The notes: generated by a model not told the origin, from the letters alone. A DNA stretch of 63,221 nt, filler included, from Choristocarpus tenellus KU-1152 (GCA_964200185.2; 9 parts of 9 records of this genome joined end to end with filler, not necessarily neighbours in it), one strand, 5' to 3'; positions 11,387 to 24,291 are shown, counted from the whole stretch's first letter. Numbers and translations: made by a program.

Positions 11387-13515
11387 ATGACTGCTTTAGC
11401 TGTCGCATTTGCGACACACCCGTTTGCGTATGAGCTTAGCGCGCCTTGCACATATTGTGCAAGACCTGAAAAGAGACTTCATAGGCAACCATTAAGTGGA
11501 TTGGGATGGAGATCCCATGTACACTTGTTGCGTGGAACATATCTTCCTTCAGTCGACGAGGTCAATTCTATGGGACGAGCGGAGCTTCAATCTTTATGTA
11601 AATACCTCGGGGTAAGGGCAGTCGGCAAAAGTTCAGAGCTGCAGGAGAGAGCGAGAGGGGCATTGCTGCTCAAGGACCCAAGTTGCGGTTATGTCGAAGA
11701 CGATAGGAGTGGGCAAGTGTTCGCTTCCGAGGTTTCTCTATCTGTAAAGGAGGGGGAAGCATCGGAAAAGGAAACAGGAGGAGAATTTTCAGTCCTTTTC
11801 GATGATATGGAAGAGTCAGGGGATAGTTCGATGGGTGTGGCCGAGGTCCTTCCTCCGTTGACTGTCAACGACCTGAGACCCCTATTCCCGACGCTGTCGA
11901 ACGTGCAGTGGACGCAAGTGGAGGATTTTAAAGAGTTACTGATAGAGTGGAATCAGAAAGTTAATCTCATTTCCCGCAAAGATATTGGCAATTTGATGGG
12001 ACGCCATATGGTTCCCTGCCTAGCGTTGGCCAAGGCCTTCGACTTTGCAGACGGAACAGAAGGTGCGTTGCACGACTAATTCGTGAGAAGGATCTTAACT
12101 CCAAAGATCGTCGATGTAGTTGATGGAAGATTACTAAAAGTTATTCCGTGCCTACTTGGGATCCGAAGTACTACTCAATACAGAATTGGCCCTACTCTTT
12201 GTTCACATCTACGTTCTCATACTTCAGATAAATGTTGGGACTGGTCCCAAACATGTGGTACCTCTCGGCTCCTCCACCTCTACAAGATTACCCCAAATTT
12301 GGAGTCAATTTATAGAATACTTCATAATTCTGATCGTCCGTCCCCACTCGTCAGTTCTGGACGTTGGAACTGGTGGGGGTCTTCCTGGACTTCCGCTTGC
12401 CATTTGCTTCCCTCGTGTTTCTTTCGTGCTTATTGATGGCAGGGGCAAGAAGATTAGAGCAGTACAGGACATGGCATCAAGACTTGGGCTACTAAACGTC
12501 AGAGCAGTCCACATCAGGGCAGAGGAGGTCAGCCTTTCTTTGAGGAAACTCATGAGTAGCACTTTCAGAGAAGAGATGACTAAGGCTTGTTTTCCCATTT
12601 GTGGTATTAGTAAGTGTCCTCCGCCTTCTGTGCTTCTTGTTTTGATTCAGGGATTGATCTAGCTCACCCCTTCCTTCTATTAGTCACAATTGCTCTGGAG
12701 GCCTTTGTCCGTCAATGCTACTACTACCGCTGCTAGGCGATTTTTCCGTTTTTGCATTGAATGTAGACTTTGTCTTATTATATCTTTTTACTCCTCTCAA
12801 TGCAGAAAGAACCTGAGCCTATGCAGCAATAACCCCACGATGACGTGTTTGGTATCGAAAACTAGGCCCTGAGCTTCCATCGATTTTTTTTAAGTCCGTA
12901 AACTCTCCTGATCCACCAGAACTAGCACTCCAAATGGAAGTGAACAAGATAGGACTTCCCCCCAACACTACTCAACCTACCAAGGACCTATTCTGCTCTT
13001 GCCCACCTCCTATCCCGCCATTGATGACAATGTTGATGCTTGAGCTGTCCCACACTGTTGACCTGCGTCCTCACGTGTGGCAAAATGTCTCGCTCATCCA
13101 ATGATAGGTGCATGATCAGTATGATTATGTCCTGGGGCGAGCAGTGTCTTCGCTGCCCAAGTTCATGGCACTGGTTGAAAAAAACCTTAAGCGAAATTAC
13201 GAGAAAGGGAGCAGTGATCATATGGTCACCGTCAATGAAGTGTCATGGGAAGACAGTAGCAAGAGCGGGAACAGCTCAGAAAGTCCCCTCAGGCCAAGGT
13301 TGAAACACGGTGTCCTCTATATGCGGGGGGAAGCGACTGATGCAGAGCTGGCGGAGCTTGGTGCAAAACCCAGCAAGATCTTCTCCATCAGTGATATATT
13401 AGGGGATGGGGGATTGGTGGGGGCTCACATGAGGGACAGGGGATATTCTTCTGTGTTTCACTTTGCATCAGAGGATATCTATAACAGGATACCGGCCCCT
13501 GAAACTGAGGAGTAG
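11387..13515 (+). CDS. rsmG: 16S rRNA m7G methyltransferase RsmG/GidB with N-terminal SAP-like domain, 3 exons (~418 aa), probably organelle-targeted
   Basis: join(11387..12062,12355..12527,13108..13515) with GT-AG introns in matching phases (1, 0). RsmG motifs: LIEWNQKVNLISRK, RHMVPCLA, SAM-binding VLDVGTGGGLPGLPLAI, LIDGRGKK, RAEE, YDYVLGRAV. The N-terminal segment MGRAELQSLCKYLGVRAVGKSSELQERA fits the SAP consensus. Confidence 0.92.
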
Positions 13516-14419
13516 ATGAGGTTGTGCTGTTGCTGTTGCTGTTGCTGTGTGTGTGTGTTTGTGTGTGTGTGTGCATGGGATCTTCCATGTGTAAGTGTAG
13601 GTAAGTAACTTGGTGTGAGGGTTGCACATATCTTCTAATTGTGTAGGCTTGCTTGTGAGTTTTTGTCTGTGTTTGAGATGTACCTGGGATTCTTATTGCC
13701 ACATACATCTTGAAATACATGTCCCAAAATGATTGCCTTATGTCGTAGAAGGTGTTATAAAGTAGTATGTATGGAAGACACAGTACGGATTTGTGGCATG
13801 TAAGCAGCATTGTGACTCTTGCGTGAATTTGCTGTATTTGGCTGACTCTTGCTCGCTCTTTAGTCAACTAGTGCAATTCTCCATTCTCCCCCTGGAAGTC
13901 AGACTTGGCCAATACCAGGAAAAGTGCGTGCATATTTTTGCCCAGGGCCGGAAGGACAGCAGGGAACTGTACGTTGAACTTGATTAGATATGGCTGCCAA
14001 TAAGCTGGGGTTGCTCAACGCTCAGCTGAACTGATCGTATCCTATATCATAGCCTCAATTTTATTCTGTTGTAGTGAAGGGACTTCTATCAAGACAAGCT
14101 GTAGAGATACACCCAGTGATATGATACACCAAGATGACATGCTGGGGTAGCAGAGCCTGCACCATCCTAGCACCTTTCATCAATATTATTCTGGAATAGT
14201 TGTGCCTTTGAGCTTGCACAGGTTTGATGTTGTTCTTGTCATATTCTATGCAACGAGTCCAAACTGAGGTGTGGCAACTAAGCAGTGTTGTATCCTTCCG
14301 TACATTTTTGAAGACTGAAATGCATTGCAATTCAAGTTGTGAGCGTACTTCATTAATTCAAACTCCCGTTCGTGGCTCAATATGATGGATTTATTTTAAA
14401 CTTCACATCGGAGTAGATC

Positions 14420-14870
14420 CCAGTGTCACATGTTGCCAGTGATACTTAGTCTAATCTGCGCAACACCTTGGTATTTTTAGCATAGTCATCAGTGTTACGA
14501 ATTGCAACGATATGGTCGAGTTGATATGTTCGATCGAACCACATTAGAAACCAGAATAGAAAAAATTCGAGTAGTTCAACACGGTCTTGTCTGTATTCAC
14601 GTTGTGTGACTTGCTGTGCTCCAGGCATTGTAATTCATCCCAGTACATCGAATCAAGTTGAGCTGATTTAAACTTATAAAAATGCGTGCTAATTTTTTTG
14701 TATTCTCAACACTATCAATGCTTGCTTTGAGGTTATTGCAAGAGACAGCAGTGAACAAATACTTTGGCTGACATAGGGACCTGAGGTATCAATGTTCCCA
14801 GTAAGCCAATTGGGAACATCAAATGAAATTTCCAACATGTACATTTTAAAGTGTCGCAGTTTTCTTTCAG
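14420..14870 (-). pseudogene. Frameshifted relic of a tandem HNH endonuclease of large-DNA-virus type
   Basis: Joining frames gives KCTC..IGL..IDTSGPYV....VHCC.SCNNLKASID and a second weaker unit FYSG..FDR...DYAKNT..CCAD. Both resemble the CxYC-GIDRID-GY-N-V-CCxxCNxxK repeat. Confidence 0.45.
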
Positions 14871-15524
14871 CTTGGGTTTGGATTAGGGAGAGGTAGTGAG
14901 GGGAGCTAGTTAATGGGTAGATGCTTTCAGACAGTTACTCTTCTCTGACTGGTCGTTGAGTAAATTTACTAACACACCCTCGTATAATATACAGTATAAT
15001 GAATCTATAAGTTTAGGGAATACTGAAGATCCTAATTTCTTGTCTTGACTTGGCCTGGACCAGCCTGAGGACCTTCTAATGGATCCTACATAAAATAACA
15101 CCATGAACCTTCCCCTTCATCCGATAGGCGACTTTGTGAATTGCTTGAGCAATAGGATGTCGTAGGTATCCTGAGCCCATTACGCATACATTCTGCCTGT
15201 GCAGTATTGTAATTATATGTTCTCAGATCAAGAGTGACCTTCCCCTTAGATTAAATGATTGATGGTGTGCGCTTCTTCACAGAAATTGCAAACGCTCTCA
15301 TCTAATGGACTTGAGGGGTTAGAGACTGAAGTTAGTTCTAGTTGTTCCAAAAGAAGTTGCCTATACTATATTCAGGGATCATCAAGGAATAAAATGGATT
15401 TCCCAGGAATCATGTGCGGAATTCCAGGGAAATTTGAACCACCCTTAATTTTCGTGAATGAAATTTGAGAGACATAAAAGTATACTCTGGAATACTTGAT
15501 ATATGTATTGTTAATACATAAATA

Positions 15525-15674
15525 TTATGTTAACTGACACGGAAAAGAAACACTGCTACATGTAAGACAATGTTGGGCTAGACAGGGCATATATGTGTTA
15601 ATATATATGTTGACTGACGAGGAAAAGGAATACTGCTACATGTAAGACAATGTGGTTGGGCTAGACAGACAGGG
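15525..15674. repeat. ~75-bp tandem duplication
   Basis: TATGTT(A/G)ACTGAC..GGAAAAG..ACTGCTACATGTAAGACAATG..GGGCTAGACAG occurs twice. Confidence 0.85.
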
Positions 15675-15841
15675 CTCGACTGACTCATGAAATTCTTCCC
15701 TTCCTTCTAAACCACATTTATTGCTCCACTACACAAGCAGTTTCACCTCCTGTAGTTTTCTTATCTAGTGCTAGAAAAATAGAAGCTTCACGGAATACAA
15801 AATAAATTCAGGTACGAGAATAAGCCGGAAAATAAATAAAG

Positions 15842-15912
15842 TGCGCCAGCCGGGAATCGAACCCAGGCCACGTGAATGGCAATCACGTATTCTACCACTG
15901 AACTACTGGCGC
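15842..15912 (-). tRNA. trnG-GCC: tRNA-Gly (anticodon GCC)
   Basis: Reverse complement GCGCCAGTAGTTCAGTGGTAGAATACGTGATTGCCATTCACGTGGCCTGGGTTCGATTCCCGGCTGGCGCA forms a full cloverleaf: CGTGA/TCACG anticodon stem, GCC anticodon, GTTCGATTC T-loop. Confidence 0.96.
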
Positions 15913-16199
15913 CTATTTACAACATCTTATGGTGTCTTATGTAACATAAATTTAGCTAGAAGGTATAATATATATCCTTCAAAAAGAGGAATGAGAATAG
16001 TATTAGTAGTATAGTAAAGGTATTTTCTTTCAGTACAAGTACAAATAGGAGGTACAAGTAAATACACCTACTTATTGTGATGTGTGGAATACTACTATTA
16101 CGACTACTACTATTGTGATGTGTGGAATAATTACTATGAAATTATTGGTTTTGGTTATTACGAATCTTCCAGAAAAAAGTCAGCAGGTCCCTAGGAAGG

Positions 16200-16831
16200 G
16201 AGGAGGCCCTCTCCAACAGGTGTCCAGTGGCAGGGTGCAAGAGGCAAAATGTCAAATCAGACATGCCCGCACCTGCCCCAGGGCAGGTGGACAGGTCCGA
16301 CAGCACACCCCAATGGTTAAATGCCTACACCAACTATGCAAGGGGATGGGTATCCCTTGCACTATGGAGGACGGCAACCCCTTCACAGTTGACAGGAATC
16401 TCCACATGGATCTAGTTTTCCATGCAGAAGCACTGGCGGACGCTGGAACAGCCCCCTACCCGGACAAAGGCCTTCTACTCGATGTTACGTTCGCGGAAGT
16501 ACAGGCAACCTCCCACCTACACCCATCCAGTAGCAATGGTGTAGCTGCTGCTGCAGTCGAGGCGCGAAAGCGAACCCACTACGAGGGCTCTTTCGATCCT
16601 CGTAGTTTTAACCTCAACACCTTCGAGGTAGAAATTTTTGGGCGCCTCGGCAAGCAAGCGGAATGCTTCCTGGATGAGCTGGCTACTCACACGGTAGGGG
16701 GGAGAGGAACGGGAGGATATAGCAGGAAAGGAGTAGTTAAATCCCAGCTACGCCAAATTGTTGTGGTAACTACACAAGTGGCACTGTCTAGACTTGTCAT
16801 GCGTTTTAGGCTGGAGTCAACAGGGAGATGA
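16200..16831 (+). mobile_element. 3' fragment of a non-LTR retrotransposon with restriction-like endonuclease (CRE/R2-type RLE)
   Basis: Within ORF 16082..16831: C..HARTC zinc-finger remnant followed by RQH, MDLVF, LLLDVTF, EARKRTHY and VEIFGRLG..A..FL..LA. This is the typical RLE C-terminal layout. No RT is present (5'-truncated). Confidence 0.78.
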
Positions 16832-17950
16832 GCACAGAGGGGTGCCTCCCTAGCTCCTCCCCCCGAGGTAGAGGTATAGGTAGATTGGAGGCACAGGAAG
16901 GCAGTCGTACAACATAGTGAAGTAACAAATAGATTAGTGTCTTTCACATTTATGGAATTCTATTTCTTTAGGGCTTATTCTGACAGATGTATAGTTTTCA
17001 TTGGTTTCCCCCACCTAACACATCTATCTGGAAAATCTCAAGAGGGCATAATAATAAAATAAACACTGAGGAGAGATAAAGGCACAACAGGAATATAGTC
17101 TGGAGTGAAAGAAACACCATCTTTTACGTAAACAAAACAACAGTTTCAAGAACAGGAAGAGAGGACTATCAGAAACACCGTATTACTACTGTATTTATGA
17201 CAAGGAAGAAAGCTACGACACAAAAGCAATAGTAGTTGAAGCTGGTTTTAGACTCAGATTGATACTAATAAGGCAGACGAGAAGTAAGGGAATAATCCCA
17301 CGAATCAGTCAAGCCTCTCCTAGCCTAGCCCATCGACCTGAACTCTCTAGTTTGAAATAGTAATAATGGATAACGTTCGATCAAATTCTAAAGAATTAAT
17401 GAAGTCGTGTGGTAGACGTCATAGATCCGTGTCAATATTTCCTCCGTAGCAAGTCGTGTCCTCTTGTAAGATTGTATAGAACTATGGAAGTCCTCTCCGT
17501 TGTGCTTGATGAATATTTTCTGGCACTGAAATGCCAACTCTTTGTGACGATATGTTGGTGACATATACACATATATATGTATATAGTTTTCATTGGTTTC
17601 CCCCTGACACATCTGCAAAATGTCAGAGGGTATAATAATAAGAATATGTTGGCGACCACCCCTGACCCTCCTCATTTGTCATATAGGAGGATATCGTTAT
17701 AACGTTTGTACACGTAACGTCATAACTACTTTCTGAATTGGGTGAAATATATTTTTTCCTTACTGAATTCCTCCTCCTCTTGTATGCACTGAAACAAAAA
17801 AGAGCTTCCCAAAGTTCGGTGTTAGGCCTCATGACATTTTCCTGTTCGTTAAATAAATGAAGACAGATAGGTGTGTTCGACGCCACCGGTGGCATAATTA
17901 AGTGCGTTGTGAAGTGGAGCAGGTCCAATGTAGACCTTCCACGTTGTAAG

Positions 17951-20239
17951 ATGCTGAAGGACCGAGAGTGGAGGTCCTCTACAATCGGGGTCACTCCACT
18001 ACTGATCCATCCTCGTCCTGGTACAAAGGTTGTCACCAAGCATGACTCAGAGGTTGTCCTTCCTGTGTCGGGTCCAGAAAATGGAGGGTCGCTTGTGGGA
18101 GGACAGGCGCACGTTCGTATTTGCTCGGTGTGCACACGTTCCGCAGCATGTTACACCTGCCCACGCTGCTCTATCGGTTATTGCTCTTCATCGTGCTATA
18201 AGGTCTGCTGGTGATGTTGCCCTGAGCTCAAAGCGAGACACATCTAAATTGAGACTTTGTTCACATATTGATGTGTGCCTCCAGCGTTCCAACACATCAT
18301 GAAGACATCGTGCAAATTGCAATGCTTAGGGTTAGGTCAAGGGGATTATCTTAACCAGCTAGTGATCACCAGCCTTGCTTCCCCGCTGACGGTAGTACAC
18401 TGCAACTTTCTCTGATTGCAAACCGTGCCCTCTTAAAACAGACCCACGGTATAGGCTGCACAGAAGCCTTCTTCCGAGATCACATTGAAAAAGAGCTTCG
18501 AATCGAAGAAGAGAGTTCGTCCGATACCCACCAGCACCGAGCTGCGATGGCGGAGATCCTAGAGCGGTTGCGGGCAGTAGATGCAAAAGCTCCAGCACCA
18601 GGTGAGCTTGATGAGGCTCGATTAAGAGGCGACGTGGAGGCTGGGGATGATGAACTCCAGTTCCAAGAAAAGCGTCTGGCTGAGCTCGCACTAGCACTGG
18701 AAGATAATGGGAAGGACAGTGTTGTAGGTGGTGGGTTGGGGGAGGGTCTAACAATATTGACGCCTGAGGAGAAGACTCGCTTCCTGAGAGAGGTGGCCAG
18801 TGGACATTTGGGGACTTTGATTGAACCCTGGAAGCCGTGGTGGACCCAAAGCATCGCGTCGGCTGTAGGCGTGAAGGTGATACACACTCACGATAAAACC
18901 AAACCCCGTTCCAGCTCTATCACTTCCAGCCCATCTCCTGGCATCGAAAAGGAAATGATGCTGAGTGAACCTATTCAAGGTGAATCACACGAGGAGTCGA
19001 AAGAATTGGACAGAGTGGAAAGGACTTTTGAATGTCCTAGACATTCAATCAGGGCTCTGTTTGACCAAACGCGGGAGCTTCCGGACTTTGTCTCGCTTGG
19101 TGCACGACCTCCGTCCACAGCACTCCCCTGGCTTGCATTGGATGTGGCGTACAGCTACGTCCGTGTTGCTCATCTCTATAATGGTTGCTGGTGTGGTGAT
19201 CCTGTGGGTGCGGCCCTGACCATGGTGGCTGCCTCCCCAGTACTGGGCACTGGAGCACAACACCAGAGTACTGCATCTGCGCTCGTAGCCTGTGTGGAAG
19301 CTTGTGTGGCACAGGATGGGTCAAATGCTGCTACTCATGCAGAATTCTTAGTCAAGGTGTGTCCATCTCATTTGTTGTTTTGGGTACTTCAGAGAACTTT
19401 TGTCTGCTGTTGTAGTGGAAATGAAGTGAGTGGGAGAGATTCCTTTGCGTGATCAAGGGAGAATATCCTTAGGTACTCCAGAACATGATGGTGCTATACA
19501 TTTATTTTGTCTCTCATTGGACACATGCAGAAATATTGCTTCTCAAGGGTGAATGTGTTGCCCCTTTCTTGCACCCTCTCCCTAATCATCCCAAGTGAAC
19601 AGTTTTTCTCTTGTTGGATGACTTTTCCAAAATGTATTAATAAACGCTACGTGATATTTTTATTAAGCTCAGAACTTTGTGGTGTAGGTCTGTGTGTGGG
19701 GAGTCGAAGGATTCGTTTTGTGTTCTAGTTGTATTCCTTTCTCACTGACCTCTTGCTCTTGTGCCTCCCCCCAAAAGGATGTACATACCTTGTGCCAGGA
19801 CCCTCGGAAAATTACATGTGCCTTCCAAGATGCTTGGAATTTGTTCAGCACGGCCAAGGATAGTTTTTTGGGAGATAAATCTGGCAACAAGGACAGTGTT
19901 CAGGGAAGAAAGCACGATAAGAGGTTCAGGCGTGAGCTTGACCGTGTTGGTAAACGCATGCGATTCTTCACTTTGTGGAGTTCCACCCCAAAGGGGTGTG
20001 CATCAGTGAAGACACTTGCGAATGATGTGCTGGAAGAAGTGGCCAGGGCTGACCTAGCCAAACTCGAGCGAGAAGCTGCTACGAAGGGAAGGGCTGGGGC
20101 AAGAATGCAAACTCAAGGTAGCAATGTGAACAAGTTAGATGCCGAGTCAGCACATGTGGGGACAACTATAGGGAAGAGTGGAGAAGGCAGTGATGTGAAT
20201 GGGCCCAGAGGTCGGGTGCTCATAGAGGAAATAACATGA
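17951..20239 (+). CDS. ZNHIT2: Zinc finger HIT domain protein, ZNHIT2-like, 3 exons (~542 aa)
   Basis: join(17951..18202,18442..19356,19778..20239), phase-0 GT-AG introns. The zf-HIT CSVC...YTCPRCSIGYCSSSCYK|THGIGCTEAFFR spans intron 1. Also contains IEPWKPWW and a C-terminal VLIEEI, which are typical of ZNHIT2. Start codon inferred. Confidence 0.82.
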
Positions 20240-20707
20240 TGCTACTTCGAAGTATTTTGTAGCATAGTGGACAAGACAGGTTGATGAGAGCCTGGGGGCA
20301 CAGTTGACAAGGCCAACTGTGTAACATTTTCCTTGGCAGTGGGATTCTTCATATCAAGAGATATTCTAATTGAGGGATGTTTTGAAGATGATGGCAATCG
20401 TCATGGATCGGGGACAGAGGAGAGGAGGGAGAGGTGAGAAGGAGGCAGTCAGTTTCCGATTATGAATGATACAATAGTTTTGCAACTCAAAGTACACTAC
20501 GGGGTCAGTTTATTGGCATTACCAGAAGTTGAAGTCCAGTGGAAGGAAGGGAAAATGAGGAGAAAGTATAACCTGTGAAAGAAAATATGTATCATGCTGA
20601 ACGTGAGTGCATGTCTACATAAATGATTGTCACCATGATTTTTTCACCCACCTCATTTCTCTTTGTTTATCAAGAATATGTAAGCAGTAAAATGTAAGCG
20701 CTACGAT

Positions 20708-20780
20708 ACTGGAGTAGCTCAGTTAATAGAGCTTACGATCTCTGATCGTATGGTCGTGGGTTAGAGCTCTACCTTCACTG
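20708..20780 (+). pseudogene. Degenerate tRNA-like sequence (tRNA pseudogene or tRNA-derived SINE head)
   Basis: D-arm GTAGCTCAGTTAATAGAGC, stem TACGA/TCGTA with a non-canonical loop (TCTCTGA), T-arm GTGGG-TTAGAGC-TCTAC with a mutated TTCGA, and an imperfect acceptor stem. Confidence 0.6.
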
Positions 20781-23188
20781 TCATGTTCTTGAGTGCCCTT
20801 GCCTCAAGGGTGATGGACACGATCTATTCCTTGCTTGAGTTTTGCGGTTTCGAACCCTATCGACCCCAGACTTCTTTTCAAAGAAATCTGGTTTGGAATT
20901 TCCAAAGTGCAGGTGGCAAATACTACAGGTTTTGTATTTGCACTATATATAATTATTTTCATCACTTTAGTCTGGGGACTGTCCCGACTGGTGGTCACAC
21001 ACACTACACTCTGCGTTACATCTCATAATATATATATTACCGTAGCAATTGCTGCACTTGGGTTAATAGAGGTTGTTGGGGTCCGAACCTGTTAAATTAA
21101 CGAAGGGAAAACATTTCTGTTCTACACTAAAACTGAGATGATACCCTTAATACCTTTGCGGTGGAAAGGTTCGGATGTCTAGATACACAGGTAGAGCAGT
21201 TCCTGGATGATCTGGCAACTCATGCATTTAGTAATGAGTGGTAGGGGAACTTGGTTTTTCTTTCCAGGGAGTAGTGAAGGCATGTTTGTGACTGTTAGAT
21301 TGTGTCATAGGACAACAACAAAGGGTGATTCCAATGCATGCCATGCACTTCAAGTTGGAGACACAAAGCCAGTTGGCGAGGCAGAGCTTGCTTGACAGTC
21401 ATTATTTGTGGAACTCTCCCTTTTTTCTAGATTGCCTTCTTGATAGTTCCAGTTTAGGGGTGGTCGGTACTGTTCGTGTCATCGTACGTTTCTTCGTTTT
21501 CAGACAAAATGCAAATAGTAGTATGTAGGTTCCTGGTAGTCTGGAAAGAAATGATTTATTGTTTAAAAGTATACAACTACAGTTGGTGTATTTCTTACAA
21601 GGCCTTCACTGTGAGCGACACAAGGACTGTTGTTGTTTCTAGTCCCCCCCATCGCAACATCTATCTCATTGCGTCAGTGGGCAATATAGAATTGTTTAAT
21701 TTCGCATGTGTGCATTATATTTCATCGTATATGCTGGATGTATTTGATTACTAAGTTTACATTACCACTTCATTTTTTTATTTATGCTTCACAATTGTCG
21801 TTACCAGATGTCTGCAGGCAGGTTCAATATAAACTGAGGAGATTTGTGCTGAGACATGATGAATGATAACACTGCATAAATTCAGTATCCTTTTTGGCGC
21901 AGATTTCACTGTCAAACATAATAGAAGTTCGCTGAACTTAATTTGGAATGATACAAAACAGTATTATTAATTGTCATTTACACACGTTTGTACAGTGTAC
22001 GGTATATATATCACTCACAATGTACTGCATGCTAGACGAATGAATACATCCATCATCCTGGCTTGTCCTTTCCCTGAGGTGGTAGCTAGTATACATTGAA
22101 ATAAAGACCTGTTGCCATTCATCAATTGATACTCACAAATCATGCAACACAACACTAAAATTTATAGAAATACGACTAATTTGTAGCACCACTGCCAGTA
22201 CTGCCGTGCATGATAGTGGTGTTAGTATTACCTATACTAAATAGTATGAGTGGTAGCGACCAACTATGAAGAGCATTCACGCGATCAGCTCATGGTAAGG
22301 CCTTTCCAAACTCCTGGTGACATTATCATCATCCTTCCTTATTGCTGTTCATTTTGCCATCAATGAACCCAATACAAGGTCAAAGGTATTGTGGTGCTAT
22401 TGTTACCTCAATTGGGGAGTGATAACACAGGCGGACGACTTGGATGGAGATGGGGGGAAGGTAATGTACCACAAAGCTCACAAAACTTGTGATTTTGGCA
22501 GCCAAGCACTTTCTCCTCTTGAAGGCCCTAAAAAGGAACACAATGGATGCATATATATGTTAAGTCTACTCCAGCTCAAATTCTCGCCCGCAAGAATTTC
22601 CACAGACAACAGAAAATGTGCATCTTACTGAATGTCAGACAAATAAATGCCCTGTAAACTATATTTTAAAAAACTCTGCCATAGCCTCCGCTTTTAATAG
22701 TTCAATCGAGGATCAAGAGAAAAATCCGTTGTGAATGGACCATTATATGCTACACATCACCTGGAAAACACGGAGTATTTCGATTTGAAGTACTCTTCAC
22801 ATCAAGAAACTCGAGGAATTCCCAACCTGGGCATAGAGTTTCCTTCAAGGGTAAATGTAAACGAGAGGTACTAAGAGTTGCAGTTTTGCATTTTCAAAAA
22901 TGTGTACAGGATATTTTCTTAATTGTGTCGAATTTTTCCAAACGTAGCACTTCATCCATAATAATATGGGTGAATTGCGTAAGAAACAGAGGATTTTCAA
23001 AATTGGGGATGGAGCGGGACTACGAGGATGGTTGTTTTGCGAAAACGNNNNNNNNNNNNNNNNNNNNNNNNNNNNNNNNNNNNNNNNNNNNTTAATTAAT
23101 TAANNNNNNNNNNNNNNNNNNNNNNNNNNNNNNNNNNNNNNNNNNNNTGGGGGCAGTAGCGTCGCGAGTTTGTTGGGTGTTGTGCGGG

Positions 23189-23367
23189 GGCTCAAATGTT
23201 GCAGGTGGGGGGGGGGTCTACATCGGGGTGTCCATTTGGGCCCTGACTAGGAGAAGCGAACTTACATTATCCATCCGACGCATGCAACCAAATCACCCAA
23301 AAATCATGAAGTGGAAGAATGGACCCCGAATGGACAGCTGCCACCCCCCCCCCGGATACTTTGATCC
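23189..23367. mobile_element. MITE family B (~180 bp)
   Basis: GGCTCAAA...GATACTTTGATCC ends; shared internal sequence. Confidence 0.75.
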
Positions 23368-24134
23368 TCTTTGCATTTTACCCCATATTTTTCATCTTTT
23401 GCAGATCACTCCCATTTGATGAAGTACTTAGATTGACTTGATGAGAGCAATAATTTCTCTATTGTTCGAAATTTTGGACAGGATTCCGCAAATTTCCTAA
23501 ATACCTTTGTACAAAAAGCCGAAATTTGCACGTATTTCCTAGCGTCCTTAAAATCCAACTCTGGATACCTCTCGTTTACTTTGACTCTGAGGATGATCCC
23601 AGGGCCAAATTTAGACAAGCTGCCAACCCCGGAATTCTCGGATGAGAGGTTACACAGGCGTGTCGTAAATAGCAGCCACATATGACCAAACGAAGACTGG
23701 CAGCAACGAAACCAATGGATTTGCAGGCTGAAGCGACCGTTTGCAGGTACCGAAGTTGGAAGGAAACCAATGGCAGAAAGAAAAATTGTTCTGGGTTACT
23801 GAGTGACACTAAAATTTACAAGATATAACCTTCATTGTGGCAAGTGGTCTGTTGACGAGTGCTGACCCAGAAGAAGGTGATGGAGATGATGAGTTGTAAC
23901 TGGTGATGGCGGGGCCATGATACAGGTTACATCTTTTCAATTTCAAAAGCCCTAGCAATTACTGAAATGAACCCTACATTAGCCATTCGTCAACTGCCAA
24001 ATCAAATTCTGATTCCGAGAAGTCACATAAACCATGAAATTGGCAGGCTGAAACCACTACCTTCCTTTGAAAAAGACCTGTCTCTAGGACTTTCATGTTG
24101 CAAACTGAGCTCCAGTGATTCCTCATACCGTATT

Positions 24135-24291
24135 GGCTCAAAGTATCTGGGGGGGGAGTGGCGGCCGTCCATTTTGGGTCAATTTTTTCATGTTGCAATT
24201 TTTGGGTGATTTGGTTGCATACGTTGGATGGTTAAAGCAAGTGCACTTTTCCTGGGGTAGACACCCCCCCACCCCCAGAGACTTTTGGGTC
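24135..24291. mobile_element. MITE family B
   Basis: TIR GGCTCAAAGTATCTGGGG / CCCCAGAGACTTTTGGGTC. Confidence 0.85.

Noticed and set aside
23600-23900. piggyBac C-terminal Cys-rich remnant
   Set aside because: Only scattered Cys/His residues across frameshifts; no TTAA-bounded TIR identified.
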